Virus record (IMG/VR): IMGVR_UViG_3300042402_002792 | DNA from: a virus | Lineage: Duplodnaviria > Heunggongvirae > Uroviricota > Caudoviricetes | Reading direction: 5' to 3' (one strand) | DNA: 64,000 nt | Shown: positions 50,140 to 59,995 of the stretch, piece after piece | How positions within the stretch are numbered: position 1 is the stretch's first letter | Layout: each line of letters opens with the position of its first letter | The notes under the pieces: generated by a model | Database searches by the model: none | Seen by the model: the letters and a program-made list of their open reading frames with translations, nothing else | What the model was told of the DNA's origin: nothing | Program-made: the position numbers and the translations under genes

Positions 50140-51586
50140 ACTTGTAATTAAAGATGAAGTCAATATTAAATTAGAAGGACTTTCAGTAGAAATTCGTAGA
50201 AAACTATCTAATACGTTTAAGTATGAAGATCCTACTGCTAGATATAGACCCGCATTTAAATTAGGAAGATGGGACGGTACTGTTACATTATTTGGATTAG
50301 GTGGTAACGGTTACTTACACCAACTTCCTAAAATATTAGAAGTGCTAGAATCGAGTGGCGTTGATGTTGAAGATGTTGAAGATTTTAGATCCAATGTCGA
50401 AATTAAATTTCCAGAGATTACTACAGATTTCTGGGGGGAAAAGACCTGGCCTAAGGGACATAGATACGAAGGCAATCCTATTAGGCTTAGAGAAGATCAA
50501 GTAAGTGTCATTAATAAATTTTTACAAAATCCTCAATGCCTACAAGAAATTGCTACAGGATTTGGTAAAACTATTACCACAGCAACACTGAGTAAATTAT
50601 GTGAACCATACGGTCGAACAATTTGTATTGTACCTAACAAAAGCCTTGTTGAACAGACCGAAGAAGATTTTATTAACTGTGGTCTTGATGTTGGAGTCTA
50701 TTACGGCGATCGAAAAGAATTAGGTCGTACACATACTATTTGCACTTGGCAAAGTCTCAATATACTCGATAAGAAATCAAAAAATCAAGAAGCTGAAATT
50801 GTAACACTTGCAGAGTTTCTCGATGGTGTAAAAACTGTAATGGTTGACGAAGTACATATGGCTAAAGCTAATGTATTAAAAAATTTATTAACACAAAATT
50901 TATGTAATGCCCCTATACGTTGGGGTTTAACTGGTACAATTCCTAAAGAAGATTTTGAAAATCAAGCAATCTTTGCTAGCCTAGGACCGGTTGTTAACAA
51001 AGTGTCAGCACATGAATTACAAGAAGCAGGAGTGCTTAGTAACTGTCACGTTAACATTACTCAATTAATAGATTTACCGGAATTTAAAAGTTATACAGAC
51101 GAAGTTAAGTATCTAGTAACTAACAAAGATAGAATGACCTTTGTGTCAAAGTTAATCAAAGGAATCGCAAATTCTGGCAACACCCTAGTATTAGTAAACC
51201 GGATTGATACTGGCAATCTTCTAACAGAACAAATTGAGGACAGTGTGTTTATTTCCGGTGAAGTAAAAACCAAAGATAGAAAAGAAGAATACGATGAAAT
51301 TGCGATTGCTGATAACAAGATTATTGTGGCGACTTATGGTGTGGCCGCTGTGGGTATTAATATCCCTAGGATTTTTAATTTGGTTCTTTTGGAGCCCGGA
51401 AAGAGCTTTGTCCGGGTTATACAAAGCATTGGGCGAGGTATTAGAAAAGCTGAAGATAAAGACTTCGTCCAGATCTGGGACATAACTTCAACTTGCAAAT
51501 ATGCAAAAAAGCATTTAACAGAACGTAAAAAGTTTTACAAGGAGGCCAAATACCCCTTCACAATAGATAAAGTAGATTGGAATTAA
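50126..51586 (+). CDS. uvsW: SF2 DNA helicase
   Basis: WDG, ATGFGKT, DEVH, GLTGT, QSIGRGIR. Confidence 0.93.
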   Translation: MPSCKLVIKDEVNIKLEGLSVEIRRKLSNTFKYEDPTARYRPAFKLGRWDGTVTLFGLGGNGYLHQLPKILEVLESSGVDVEDVEDFRSNVEIKFPEITTDFWGEKTWPKGHRYEGNPIRLREDQVSVINKFLQNPQCLQEIATGFGKTITTATLSKLCEPYGRTICIVPNKSLVEQTEEDFINCGLDVGVYYGDRKELGRTHTICTWQSLNILDKKSKNQEAEIVTLAEFLDGVKTVMVDEVHMAKANVLKNLLTQNLCNAPIRWGLTGTIPKEDFENQAIFASLGPVVNKVSAHELQEAGVLSNCHVNITQLIDLPEFKSYTDEVKYLVTNKDRMTFVSKLIKGIANSGNTLVLVNRIDTGNLLTEQIEDSVFISGEVKTKDRKEEYDEIAIADNKIIVATYGVAAVGINIPRIFNLVLLEPGKSFVRVIQSIGRGIRKAEDKDFVQIWDITSTCKYAKKHLTERKKFYKEAKYPFTIDKVDWN

Positions 51587-51587
51587 C

Positions 51588-52094
51588 ATGATGATATTAA
51601 CCTTAGATAACAAGGCATTTGACCTTAATAATTTACCCGAAGAGGTAGATGAAAATATGCGATTTAGTGTGCTAGATAACAGTGATTACCACAATCCAGA
51701 TTTCTTTTTTATGCCACTAATCTTTTTAGAAAGCTTTAACAGTCCAGCAATGGTACTACGTATAGGCGACGATGAGGTAACTATGCCTATTGACTGGTCA
51801 ATCGCTGTGGGAGATAGTTCTAGCAGTTGTGATTTAGAGATATTACCCTTAACAAGTTTAAACGATAGAGGTTTTGAAGCATTGTGTTTTAATCCTATAA
51901 ATGGATTTAGAATAGAATTTAAAAAGATTGAAATCGTTAATTTTTATAATGATGTTAAATGGTATTTTCCTAAAATGAAAACAGGACAGTTGTTATCTGT
52001 TCCTTTAAATAAACAACATAAACCTCTTTGTTCGTTTTTTGTCAAAGAAATTAATAGACAAAGTGAAATGATCGATTTAAGCAAATTACTATAA
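51588..52094 (+). CDS. Hypothetical all-beta protein
   Basis: 168-aa ORF directly after uvsW. Confidence 0.7.
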   Translation: MMILTLDNKAFDLNNLPEEVDENMRFSVLDNSDYHNPDFFFMPLIFLESFNSPAMVLRIGDDEVTMPIDWSIAVGDSSSSCDLEILPLTSLNDRGFEALCFNPINGFRIEFKKIEIVNFYNDVKWYFPKMKTGQLLSVPLNKQHKPLCSFFVKEINRQSEMIDLSKLL

Positions 52095-52095
52095 T

Positions 52096-52365
52096 ATGGG
52101 CAATCTTAAACCTGGCGCAACTTACATATATGAACGCAATGGCGATGAAATTTATGCAAGAGAAGCAGGTTCTACGGAAAGACAAATGATTGGATATAAC
52201 TATAAACCTGCCGACAAGGCAATGCCTAAGTTTACACATGAGCAGATCCGAGAAGACAAACTGTGGGGTGAGATTCGTCGTATGGCTCCAACCAATCCAG
52301 CTTTACAAAAAGCATTAGATCGTGCTATAATGATATATAGACTAAGCAAGGATAAACCACTATGA
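52096..52365 (+). CDS. Hypothetical protein
   Basis: 89-aa ORF with operon-like packing. Confidence 0.65.
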   Translation: MGNLKPGATYIYERNGDEIYAREAGSTERQMIGYNYKPADKAMPKFTHEQIREDKLWGEIRRMAPTNPALQKALDRAIMIYRLSKDKPL

Positions 52366-52661
52366 GTACAGAAGCAGACAAATTTAATCATAGCAAGCGT
52401 CTTCAAAAGAATGAAAACGCGGTAAAGAAACAAGTAAAAATTGCTAAAGCACACGGTCTAACTGATAACGATAAAGCAGTCAAGGAGCCGCATCGTTTAG
52501 AAAAACACCATGCAATGGACTGCGGTAACCCTGAATGTTACCTGTGTGGTAATCCTAGAAAAACACATAAAGACAAATTAACAGCACAAGAAAAAAGACT
52601 GTTTCAAGATCTTGATTCTGTGCGAGATACACACAGTAACGGATTAAAAAATAATGAGTGA
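52362..52661 (+). CDS. Small basic Cys/His protein
   Basis: HHAMDCGNPECYLCGNPRK putative Zn site. Confidence 0.65.
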   Translation: MSTEADKFNHSKRLQKNENAVKKQVKIAKAHGLTDNDKAVKEPHRLEKHHAMDCGNPECYLCGNPRKTHKDKLTAQEKRLFQDLDSVRDTHSNGLKNNE

Positions 52662-53136
52662 CAAAATTGAACTTAAAGAAAAACTGGCAGCAGTAGATTT
52701 AAATCTCAAAAATTTGTGGGATGAGATTAACGATGATCAAAGAAAAAATCTCAAACAGGAATTCTTTATTTTAAACAGGTATATCAGTAATGTTTCGTCT
52801 AATAAAAGAGACTTGCAAGAGCATTTTGTATTAACAGTAAATGAATATTTTAACAAGCACTGGAATACTTTACAGAAACATCCTAAATTATTATGGCAAC
52901 TACTTTGTATGTGTAGTCATGAAAGTAGACAGATTTTTTTCCATCAATGGATTGGTTTTAAACGCAAAGAAAAAGAAAGCGGAAATAAGATATACAAATT
53001 CTTATTAGAAATTTATCCTAATCGAAAAGCTGATGAGATAGAATTAATGAGCAAATTAATAACGTTCAAAGAAGCTAGAGAACTTGCTGAACGTTACGGT
53101 TACGATCAAAAACAAATTGATAAAATTTTTAAATAA
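52654..53136 (+). CDS. Possible clamp loader small subunit (gp62-like)
   Basis: FILNRYIS...VNE...FHQWI pattern recalls the gp62 F..NR.LS...MN...KW motif; replication neighbourhood. Confidence 0.45.
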   Translation: MSDKIELKEKLAAVDLNLKNLWDEINDDQRKNLKQEFFILNRYISNVSSNKRDLQEHFVLTVNEYFNKHWNTLQKHPKLLWQLLCMCSHESRQIFFHQWIGFKRKEKESGNKIYKFLLEIYPNRKADEIELMSKLITFKEARELAERYGYDQKQIDKIFK

Positions 53137-53831
53137 TGTTAACACTCAAGGTGGATAAAAAATATCAGTGTCAATTTTGTGGTTCGAAGTATATGCAAGA
53201 AAAAACTCTTGCTGTACACATGTGCGAACAAAAACGTAGACACTTTGCCAAAGATGAAAAACATGTAGTTGTTGGTTATACTGCTTTTAATAAATTTTAT
53301 CAGCTGACCCAAAAACAAGGTCAAAACAAAACTTACGATGAATTTGCACATAGCCCATATTATAATGCTTTTATCAAGTTTGGCAGTTATGTACACAACA
53401 TCAATCCATTATATCCCGACAAGTACATTGAATATGTAATAAAAAGCGGAGTAAAATTAGATCACTGGTGTAAAGATTCTCTTTACGAAAAATATGTATT
53501 AAATCTTATTCACACTGAAGCTGTTGAAACTGCATTAGAACGCAGTGTAGCACATATGGAGCAATGGGCTAAAGACAATGACAGTCAATGGAATCATTAT
53601 TTTAAATATTCTAATACTAATAGATCTGTATATGATATTAAAGATGGTAAGGTGAGTCCTTGGTTATTACTACTATCTAATACCGGTAAAGAAATGCTAA
53701 CTTCTCTTAGAGATGATCAATTATCGGCTATAAGTAGTATTATAGATCCTGTAGTTTGGTCAAAAAAGTTTAAAAAACAAACATTTGACGTAGAGCTAGT
53801 TAAGGCTGTAATCAAGGAGGCCAACCTATGA
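53136..53831 (+). CDS. Zinc-finger-containing hypothetical protein
   Basis: YQCQFCGSKYMQEKTLAVHMC. Confidence 0.7.
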   Translation: MLTLKVDKKYQCQFCGSKYMQEKTLAVHMCEQKRRHFAKDEKHVVVGYTAFNKFYQLTQKQGQNKTYDEFAHSPYYNAFIKFGSYVHNINPLYPDKYIEYVIKSGVKLDHWCKDSLYEKYVLNLIHTEAVETALERSVAHMEQWAKDNDSQWNHYFKYSNTNRSVYDIKDGKVSPWLLLLSNTGKEMLTSLRDDQLSAISSIIDPVVWSKKFKKQTFDVELVKAVIKEANL

Positions 53832-54010
53832 CACAAGTAAGTTCAGCTGATATCTGTGAACTAGATTTAGAAGTTATCCTAAGCGAGGATGACAAAACAG
53901 TATATGTAAAATTGACAGGCTTTGATAACGTAGAAGATGCTGATAAATACGCATCTTACTTAGTTGAAAATTTACCGTTAATGTTATTTGAATCAGAGGT
54001 CATACACTAA
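53828..54010 (+). CDS. Small acidic hypothetical protein
   Basis: AGGAGG RBS; overlap-coupled on both sides. Confidence 0.6.
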   Translation: MTQVSSADICELDLEVILSEDDKTVYVKLTGFDNVEDADKYASYLVENLPLMLFESEVIH

Positions 54011-54588
54011 TGCCAGACATTGATATAGATTTTGCCAATAGAGAACATGCTTTAGAAAAGATTGAGCATATCACAGCTAGTATTTGTGATAATGGTACTT
54101 TTAAAAAGCATAACACTGGCATATACTGTACTTCTGTGCCTTACAATCCTTTTACTGGTCAAAGTACATTAGATTATAAAGAAGCTGAAGAAAGAGGCTA
54201 CTTTAAAATTGATATGCTAAATGTAAGCGTGTACAAAGATGTTCAAAATGAAGATCATCTCAAAACTTTGATGGAGACCGAACCACTATGGGACCTTTTA
54301 GAGCAGGACGATTTCAGCAGTTTACTTTTTCACGTAAACGGTCACGGCAGCATACTACGTCAGATGAAGCCGACGAGTATACTCCAACTAGCGGCCGTTT
54401 TGGCTATGATACGACCCGCCAAGAGACACTTGATTGGGAAGGACTGGACGACAGTGATGACGACTATTTGGACAAAGCCCGAGGATGGTGAATACTACTT
54501 TAAGAAGGCCCACGCAGTTGCGTATGCAATGGCGGTAGTAGTTCAGATGAATTTGATCTGTGAAAAGATCAGCTACGGGTACAGTTAA
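54010..54588 (+). CDS. Miniature DNA polymerase III alpha (DnaE)-like protein
   Basis: MPDIDIDF, KHNTGIY, GYFKIDML, LAMIRP, YFKKAHAVAYA in DnaE order. Confidence 0.8.
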   Translation: MPDIDIDFANREHALEKIEHITASICDNGTFKKHNTGIYCTSVPYNPFTGQSTLDYKEAEERGYFKIDMLNVSVYKDVQNEDHLKTLMETEPLWDLLEQDDFSSLLFHVNGHGSILRQMKPTSILQLAAVLAMIRPAKRHLIGKDWTTVMTTIWTKPEDGEYYFKKAHAVAYAMAVVVQMNLICEKISYGYS

Positions 54589-54962
54589 CGCTTAGTTGAT
54601 CTAATTAACTGTACAGATTTACGTTTGACTCTTTTTAAGGTCATGTTTAATAAATTTACAGTTGGTCCTAACACAATTCTAACATCTTTGCTGTTGAAGG
54701 TCTTAACAGCATATTTAAAAGGCTCAATTTCTTTACGACAAAAAATACTAATGGGTATTTGACGATTTGATTCCCACCACCATATTTCGCCTATTTCTAA
54801 AAAGATAGTTTTTTCTTCTGGGGTTCGGATTAATTCAAGGTCGTAAAAACTAGTTACGTGCTGATCTTGATTAATGACTATTCCTACATATTCTTCTTCC
54901 CCGTAATGTAGTACAGTAATAAATGGTAGTTGTTCTTGTATGTTATCTCTTAATTTAGCCAT
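54585..54962 (-). CDS. Conserved-looking hypothetical protein
   Basis: WWWESNRQIPI motif; ATG at 54962 with TATAAATA about 45 nt upstream. Confidence 0.65.
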   Translation of the reverse strand: MAKLRDNIQEQLPFITVLHYGEEEYVGIVINQDQHVTSFYDLELIRTPEEKTIFLEIGEIWWWESNRQIPISIFCRKEIEPFKYAVKTFNSKDVRIVLGPTVNLLNMTLKRVKRKSVQLIRSTKR

Positions 54963-54988
54963 ATAAATACAGTTGAGGCTTTTAACCA

Positions 54989-55795
54989 ATGCAAAAAATT
55001 TCAAGTTATTTATATTCAAATCGGATTCCGGTAAATTTAGATTTGACTACCTCACCTCTGGAGTGGAGAATCGTGTATCAAAGAACTGTTAAAATTTACA
55101 AGGGCTATGACAATGTCATAGAATTAGATATTAAAAATGCTGAACAAAGACGATTTGATGTTAGCAGTCTTACTCTTAAATGCTTGATTATGGACGAATT
55201 AGGGCAGGAAATATACACTGCGCCTGTAGTACATACTGCCACATTAGGTATTAGTAAATTTACTATTCCTAAAGTTGAACTTGATTATCTTGAGCCTCAA
55301 TTTTTACGCTATGTAGTCTATAAGCAAAACAACGACGGTACACGTAACGTTATCTACGGAGATACACAATTTGAAGCTGGTGGTCGTATGGATCTGTTAG
55401 GTTCAGCTCAAATTGTAACACCTGCTCCAAAGATCATTGATACATTTACCTATCTGCACAGTACAATAGACGATGCTACTAAGACATATTACAGTGAAGC
55501 AGTCGAAGTTAATCCACCAAATGACATTGTTGAAGCTACTACAATGAATTTGGAATTTTGGTGCGATAATGTAGAAGCCACAGTTAATGTTCAAATTACT
55601 ACAGATCAAGTAGTGAGCACAGGCACTGACTGGGATACCCTGGAAACCTTTACTGTAGCATCGACTACCAATCGTGTATTCAAAACTTATAACAGCATAA
55701 CTGATTTTAGCAACAACATAAGTTGGCTAAGAATTACCTACGAATTACTAGGAAACAACACCGGAAAAATTGACAGAGTCATCGTTAGAGTATAA
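54989..55795 (+). CDS. Hypothetical beta-rich (possibly structural) protein
   Basis: 268 aa, TATAAATA at 54962-69 upstream. Confidence 0.6.
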   Translation: MQKISSYLYSNRIPVNLDLTTSPLEWRIVYQRTVKIYKGYDNVIELDIKNAEQRRFDVSSLTLKCLIMDELGQEIYTAPVVHTATLGISKFTIPKVELDYLEPQFLRYVVYKQNNDGTRNVIYGDTQFEAGGRMDLLGSAQIVTPAPKIIDTFTYLHSTIDDATKTYYSEAVEVNPPNDIVEATTMNLEFWCDNVEATVNVQITTDQVVSTGTDWDTLETFTVASTTNRVFKTYNSITDFSNNISWLRITYELLGNNTGKIDRVIVRV

Positions 55796-55804
55796 AATAA
55801 CTAG

Positions 55805-56788
55805 ATGAATCTGATTATTGACACTGTCAATACCCACTTGCCACCTAGACGCAAAACTACACCTAGTAGATGGGTAAGCTTTAATGCTGTCTGTTGCCAC
55901 CATAATGGTGAAAAAGCAGATACACGTCAACGTGGCGGTATCATGCTCAATGAAGGTGTTAGTTACCATTGCTTTAACTGCGGCTTCAAAGCAAGTTGGC
56001 AACCTGGTAGAAAAATATCGGCTAAATTCAAACGACTGTTAAAATGGCTTAATGTATCTGACGAGCTCATTACCAAATGTAGCATAGAGGCCATGCGTAT
56101 AGAAGAAGTCGAAGGTTATACCAGCGAACGACTGGATCAGATCACGTTTATTGATAAGGCACTACCGCGTGGTAGTGAACCGATAACTTCATACTTAGAT
56201 AATGTACCCGATGAACTAGTACCAGTGTTAGCATACTTACAAAGTCGTAATTTATATTTAGAAGATTACGATTTCCACTGGACTGATGAAGAAGGATTTA
56301 CCAATAGACTGATTATACCATTTCGCTATCAAGGGCGCATTGTAGGTTATACAGCTAGAAAAATCACAGAAGGCAAACCAAAGTATATCAGTGAACAACA
56401 ACCAGGATATGTGTTTAATCTAGACAGACAGCTGGTAGATCGCAAATATGTGTTTGTAGTTGAAGGTCCTATTGATGCTATATCTATTGACGGAGTAGCA
56501 CTGACTAGTGCAGAAATTAATCAAACACAACGCAAATTGATTGAGCAACTGGGTAAACAGATAGTGGTAGTTCCTGACCGAGATCAACCAGGATATAGAC
56601 TAGTTGAGCAAGCACTGGAATTCGGTTGGGGTCTAAGTTTTCCTGAATGGCCCGAAGGCGTCAAAGACATCAATGAAGCACAACAACAACTAGGCCGACT
56701 GGCCGCACTATACTTGATTGTACAGGGTATAGAAACTAATCAATTAAAACAACAACTACGAGCTCGAGCGTGGTTTAAAGGACAATAA
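55805..56788 (+). CDS. gp61: DNA primase
   Basis: Zn finger CC...HCFNCG, RLIIPF, Toprim VEGPIDA and PDRD. Confidence 0.92.
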   Translation: MNLIIDTVNTHLPPRRKTTPSRWVSFNAVCCHHNGEKADTRQRGGIMLNEGVSYHCFNCGFKASWQPGRKISAKFKRLLKWLNVSDELITKCSIEAMRIEEVEGYTSERLDQITFIDKALPRGSEPITSYLDNVPDELVPVLAYLQSRNLYLEDYDFHWTDEEGFTNRLIIPFRYQGRIVGYTARKITEGKPKYISEQQPGYVFNLDRQLVDRKYVFVVEGPIDAISIDGVALTSAEINQTQRKLIEQLGKQIVVVPDRDQPGYRLVEQALEFGWGLSFPEWPEGVKDINEAQQQLGRLAALYLIVQGIETNQLKQQLRARAWFKGQ

Positions 56789-57525
56789 TGTTTTGGTCAA
56801 AACCTAAAGTAACTTTTCATTGTAAACTACCAGAGGTATTAGAAAGATATCCTATTGTGCCTGCTGGTAGTCTACGTCATAACTGGTGGCGGCAAAGCGC
56901 ACTAGAATACAAACGCAAAGTAGAACAAATAGGCCATCGTGAGCATGTGGCAGGCACAGTGAAATGTCCAGGCATAGTCAATATCATGCAACGTGGTTGG
57001 ATCTTAAACAGCTGGTTTGATTTGACTATATTAACTGGTTCTGAATCAGATCGATTTGAATTTGCTATTCCTCCTGCACTACAAGAATATCTTAAAGAAT
57101 CTCAGTACACGCCCAAACTGCTCAGTTGGTTTAGTGAAAATGAACCTGCGCTTAGAGTACCTGTGCAAGATAAAAGTCTAAAAACACTGATTAAGATCAA
57201 TACACCGTGGACCATGTCTGTGCCCAAGGGACTAAATGTATTGATGATGCCCATACCCTATTCCGACCATAAAGACTTTAGCGCACAGCCAGGCATATTA
57301 AACCCTGGCAAATATTATGATGTCAGTCCTATTATTGAGATACATAAAAAGCCAGGAGAACTTTTTATTCCTGCAGGTACGCCCTTAATGCAGATTATTG
57401 TGTTAGAAGACACTGAGTCTGAGATTACACAACAGGCTCAAACAAAACAAAACTGGTTAGATGGACTAAAATCGAGATTCAGAACCACACATACATTTAC
57501 CACAAGAGACCATAATGACAACTAG
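56788..57525 (+). CDS. Hypothetical protein (DUF6065-like / beta-clip type)
   Basis: TVKCPG...GW, KINTPW...PKG, IPAGTPLMQII. Confidence 0.55.
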   Translation: MFWSKPKVTFHCKLPEVLERYPIVPAGSLRHNWWRQSALEYKRKVEQIGHREHVAGTVKCPGIVNIMQRGWILNSWFDLTILTGSESDRFEFAIPPALQEYLKESQYTPKLLSWFSENEPALRVPVQDKSLKTLIKINTPWTMSVPKGLNVLMMPIPYSDHKDFSAQPGILNPGKYYDVSPIIEIHKKPGELFIPAGTPLMQIIVLEDTESEITQQAQTKQNWLDGLKSRFRTTHTFTTRDHNDN

Positions 57526-58969
57526 ACAAAATGCAGATTATGGATTTGACATCCAGAAACTATACTTAGAAATGATGCTGACAGACGCAGAAACGTTTGT
57601 ACGCTGCCAATCAATATTTGATCACGAACTGTTTGATCGCAAGCTACAGCCCGCAGCCAAATTTGTCAATGACTATGTGGTAGAACACAATGTATTGCCC
57701 ACACAGGAAATTGTCAAGGCCACTGTGGGTCTAGACCTAAGCAATTTGCAAGAACTCAAAGAAGCACACTATGACTGGTTGCTGAGTGATTTTGAAACTT
57801 TTATCAGACACAAAGGTCTAGAGCGAGCTATTCTAAAGTCAGCAGATCTACTGGAAAAGGGTGAATATGGTCCTGTAGAAGATTTGGTCAAATCAGCAGT
57901 ACAGATCGGCTTGAACAAGGACATGGGCACAGACTACTTTGCTGATCCTCGTGCTAGACTGTTACGCATCAAGGACAAGAACGGACAGATTAAAACTGGT
58001 TGGGAAACTGTGGACAAGAAGCTGTTCGGTGGTATGAATCGCGGAGAGCTCAATATCTTTGCAGGTGGAAGTGGTGCAGGTAAAAGCTTGTTCCTAGCCA
58101 ACTTAGGTGTTAACTGGGTATTACAGGGTCTTAATGTGGTCTATGTTACACTGGAGTTGTCAGAAGAGCTGGTCAGTATGCGTGTAGACTCAATGGTCAC
58201 AGAAATCCCTGCTAGAGAAGTGTTTAGACAAATTGATGAAGTAGAAATGCGAGTGCGGGTCACAGGCAAAAAAGCAGGATCCTATCAGGTCAAATATATG
58301 CCTAGTGGTAAGACTGCCAACGATCTACGCAGTTATCTCAAAGAGTATGAAATCAAACTGGGTCGTAAGGTTGATATTTTGCTAGTGGACTACCTAGACT
58401 TGTTAATGCCGATCAGCAAAAAGATCTCAGCAGAAAACTTGTTTATCAAGGACAAGTATGTGTCAGAAGAGCTTAGAAACCTAGCTGTAGAAAAGAACTG
58501 TGTGTTAGTAACTGCGGCACAGCTGAACCGCGGTGCGGTTGAAGAAGTTGAGTTTGATCATAGCCATATTTCAGGTGGATTATCAAAGATTCAAACAGCA
58601 GATAACGTGTTTGGTATCTTTACATCAAGAGCCATGCGTGAGCGCGGCAAGTATCAGATACAGTTAATGAAGACACGTTCATCAAGCGGTGTAGGACAAA
58701 AGATTGATCTGGACTTTGATCTGGACACACTACGCATTACAGACCCTGGCGAAGAAGATCAAGGACACGCACCTACAACCAAGGGCAGCTCAATACTGCA
58801 AAATCTACAGCGTACCAGCACAACTGCTTCAGAACCCTGGGAACGAGCACAGCCTAAAAATGGCATTGATCCCCTAACAGGACAGCCAGCGCCCAAAAGC
58901 TCTGCACAGGTAGAATCATCAAAACTGCGACAGCTGATTAATAATCTAGGGCAAAATGACGACGTGTAA
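57515..58969 (+). CDS. gp41: DnaB-like replicative helicase
   Basis: GGSGAGKS, TLEL, VDYLD, AQLNR, MKTR. Confidence 0.95.
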   Translation: MTTRQNADYGFDIQKLYLEMMLTDAETFVRCQSIFDHELFDRKLQPAAKFVNDYVVEHNVLPTQEIVKATVGLDLSNLQELKEAHYDWLLSDFETFIRHKGLERAILKSADLLEKGEYGPVEDLVKSAVQIGLNKDMGTDYFADPRARLLRIKDKNGQIKTGWETVDKKLFGGMNRGELNIFAGGSGAGKSLFLANLGVNWVLQGLNVVYVTLELSEELVSMRVDSMVTEIPAREVFRQIDEVEMRVRVTGKKAGSYQVKYMPSGKTANDLRSYLKEYEIKLGRKVDILLVDYLDLLMPISKKISAENLFIKDKYVSEELRNLAVEKNCVLVTAAQLNRGAVEEVEFDHSHISGGLSKIQTADNVFGIFTSRAMRERGKYQIQLMKTRSSSGVGQKIDLDFDLDTLRITDPGEEDQGHAPTTKGSSILQNLQRTSTTASEPWERAQPKNGIDPLTGQPAPKSSAQVESSKLRQLINNLGQNDDV

Positions 58970-59025
58970 TCAAATTTTAACAGATAAAATGATAAGTACC
59001 TATATAACCCCGACCTTAGCCAGCC

Positions 59026-59451
59026 ATGTTGTACAGAATAGAAAACACACAAGACCCCCTATTTGACCTAGTCAAAGACGATCCAGTACGTCCAGCAATA
59101 CCTCGAGATCTACGCACACACGAGTATGCAGATACCTTTGTGCTGTTAGATGGCACAAGACCTAGAGCAGTGACCTGTGTGGCCTATCTAGATCAAGTGC
59201 CACGCACAGAACGTGAACTGGGCATACATGGCCGTCAAGTGGCAGCTTTTTACACCATATGGAGTTATGATGCAGGTGCAGGACGTGAACTGATACAACA
59301 GGCACAGTTATGGATCAAACAGAATCATAACTCTATAACCAGATACGTAACGCTGAGTCCCAAAACAGAAATGGCTCGCAGATTCCATCATAAAAACGGT
59401 GCAGTCACACTCAGTGACAACGATGACACCGTAAACTACGAATATAGATAA
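59026..59451 (+). CDS. Small GNAT-fold protein
   Basis: AAFYTIWS..GAGRELI, VTLSP, ARRFHHKNGA. Confidence 0.65.
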   Translation: MLYRIENTQDPLFDLVKDDPVRPAIPRDLRTHEYADTFVLLDGTRPRAVTCVAYLDQVPRTERELGIHGRQVAAFYTIWSYDAGAGRELIQQAQLWIKQNHNSITRYVTLSPKTEMARRFHHKNGAVTLSDNDDTVNYEYR

Positions 59452-59572
59452 CATCGCGAAGCGCAAAAAATTCGCGACAGCGCAAGCGGTAAAGCGGTTT
59501 TAGGGTCAGTAATATACGCATATTTCAAAATAGTTCTAGCCAAAATAAATAATCATACTAGGAGAGTATGAT

Positions 59573-59995
59573 ATGGAATTAATGGTTCGCGAATTCACAC
59601 GTATACTCACAGACACTAATGAACTAATGGGCTGGGCAATACCTGAATATGTTATAGCATACGAAAGCCGTATATTTGCCAGCAAAGTAGAACAGCCTAA
59701 CTGGCAACCTGAACCTAGCTATGCAGAACGCTATCTAAGCATACGCACCAGTGAGCAAGCACTGAATTTGGCCAACACCTGTTGGTTTACACGATCAATA
59801 TTTCCTGAACTGGGCTCAAGAAAAGGCATTAACGAAAGCTACTATGTACAACTAGGTCAAAGCTGTTATGATCGTGCGCTACGTGATCAAGAATCACCAA
59901 CTGTGGAAATCATGCGTGATCACTTTGAATTTCTAGCTGAAACTGCATATACTGCCATACGCCACTATGGCAAGTTTAGATCAATGTGGGAATAA
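59573..59995 (+). CDS. Hypothetical protein
   Basis: AGGAGA RBS, upstream TAAATA. Confidence 0.7.
   Translation: MELMVREFTRILTDTNELMGWAIPEYVIAYESRIFASKVEQPNWQPEPSYAERYLSIRTSEQALNLANTCWFTRSIFPELGSRKGINESYYVQLGQSCYDRALRDQESPTVEIMRDHFEFLAETAYTAIRHYGKFRSMWE

Noticed and set aside
35717-58969. Inteins or introns in terminase, UvsX, UvsW, primase, helicase
   Set aside because: Normal lengths and contiguous motifs
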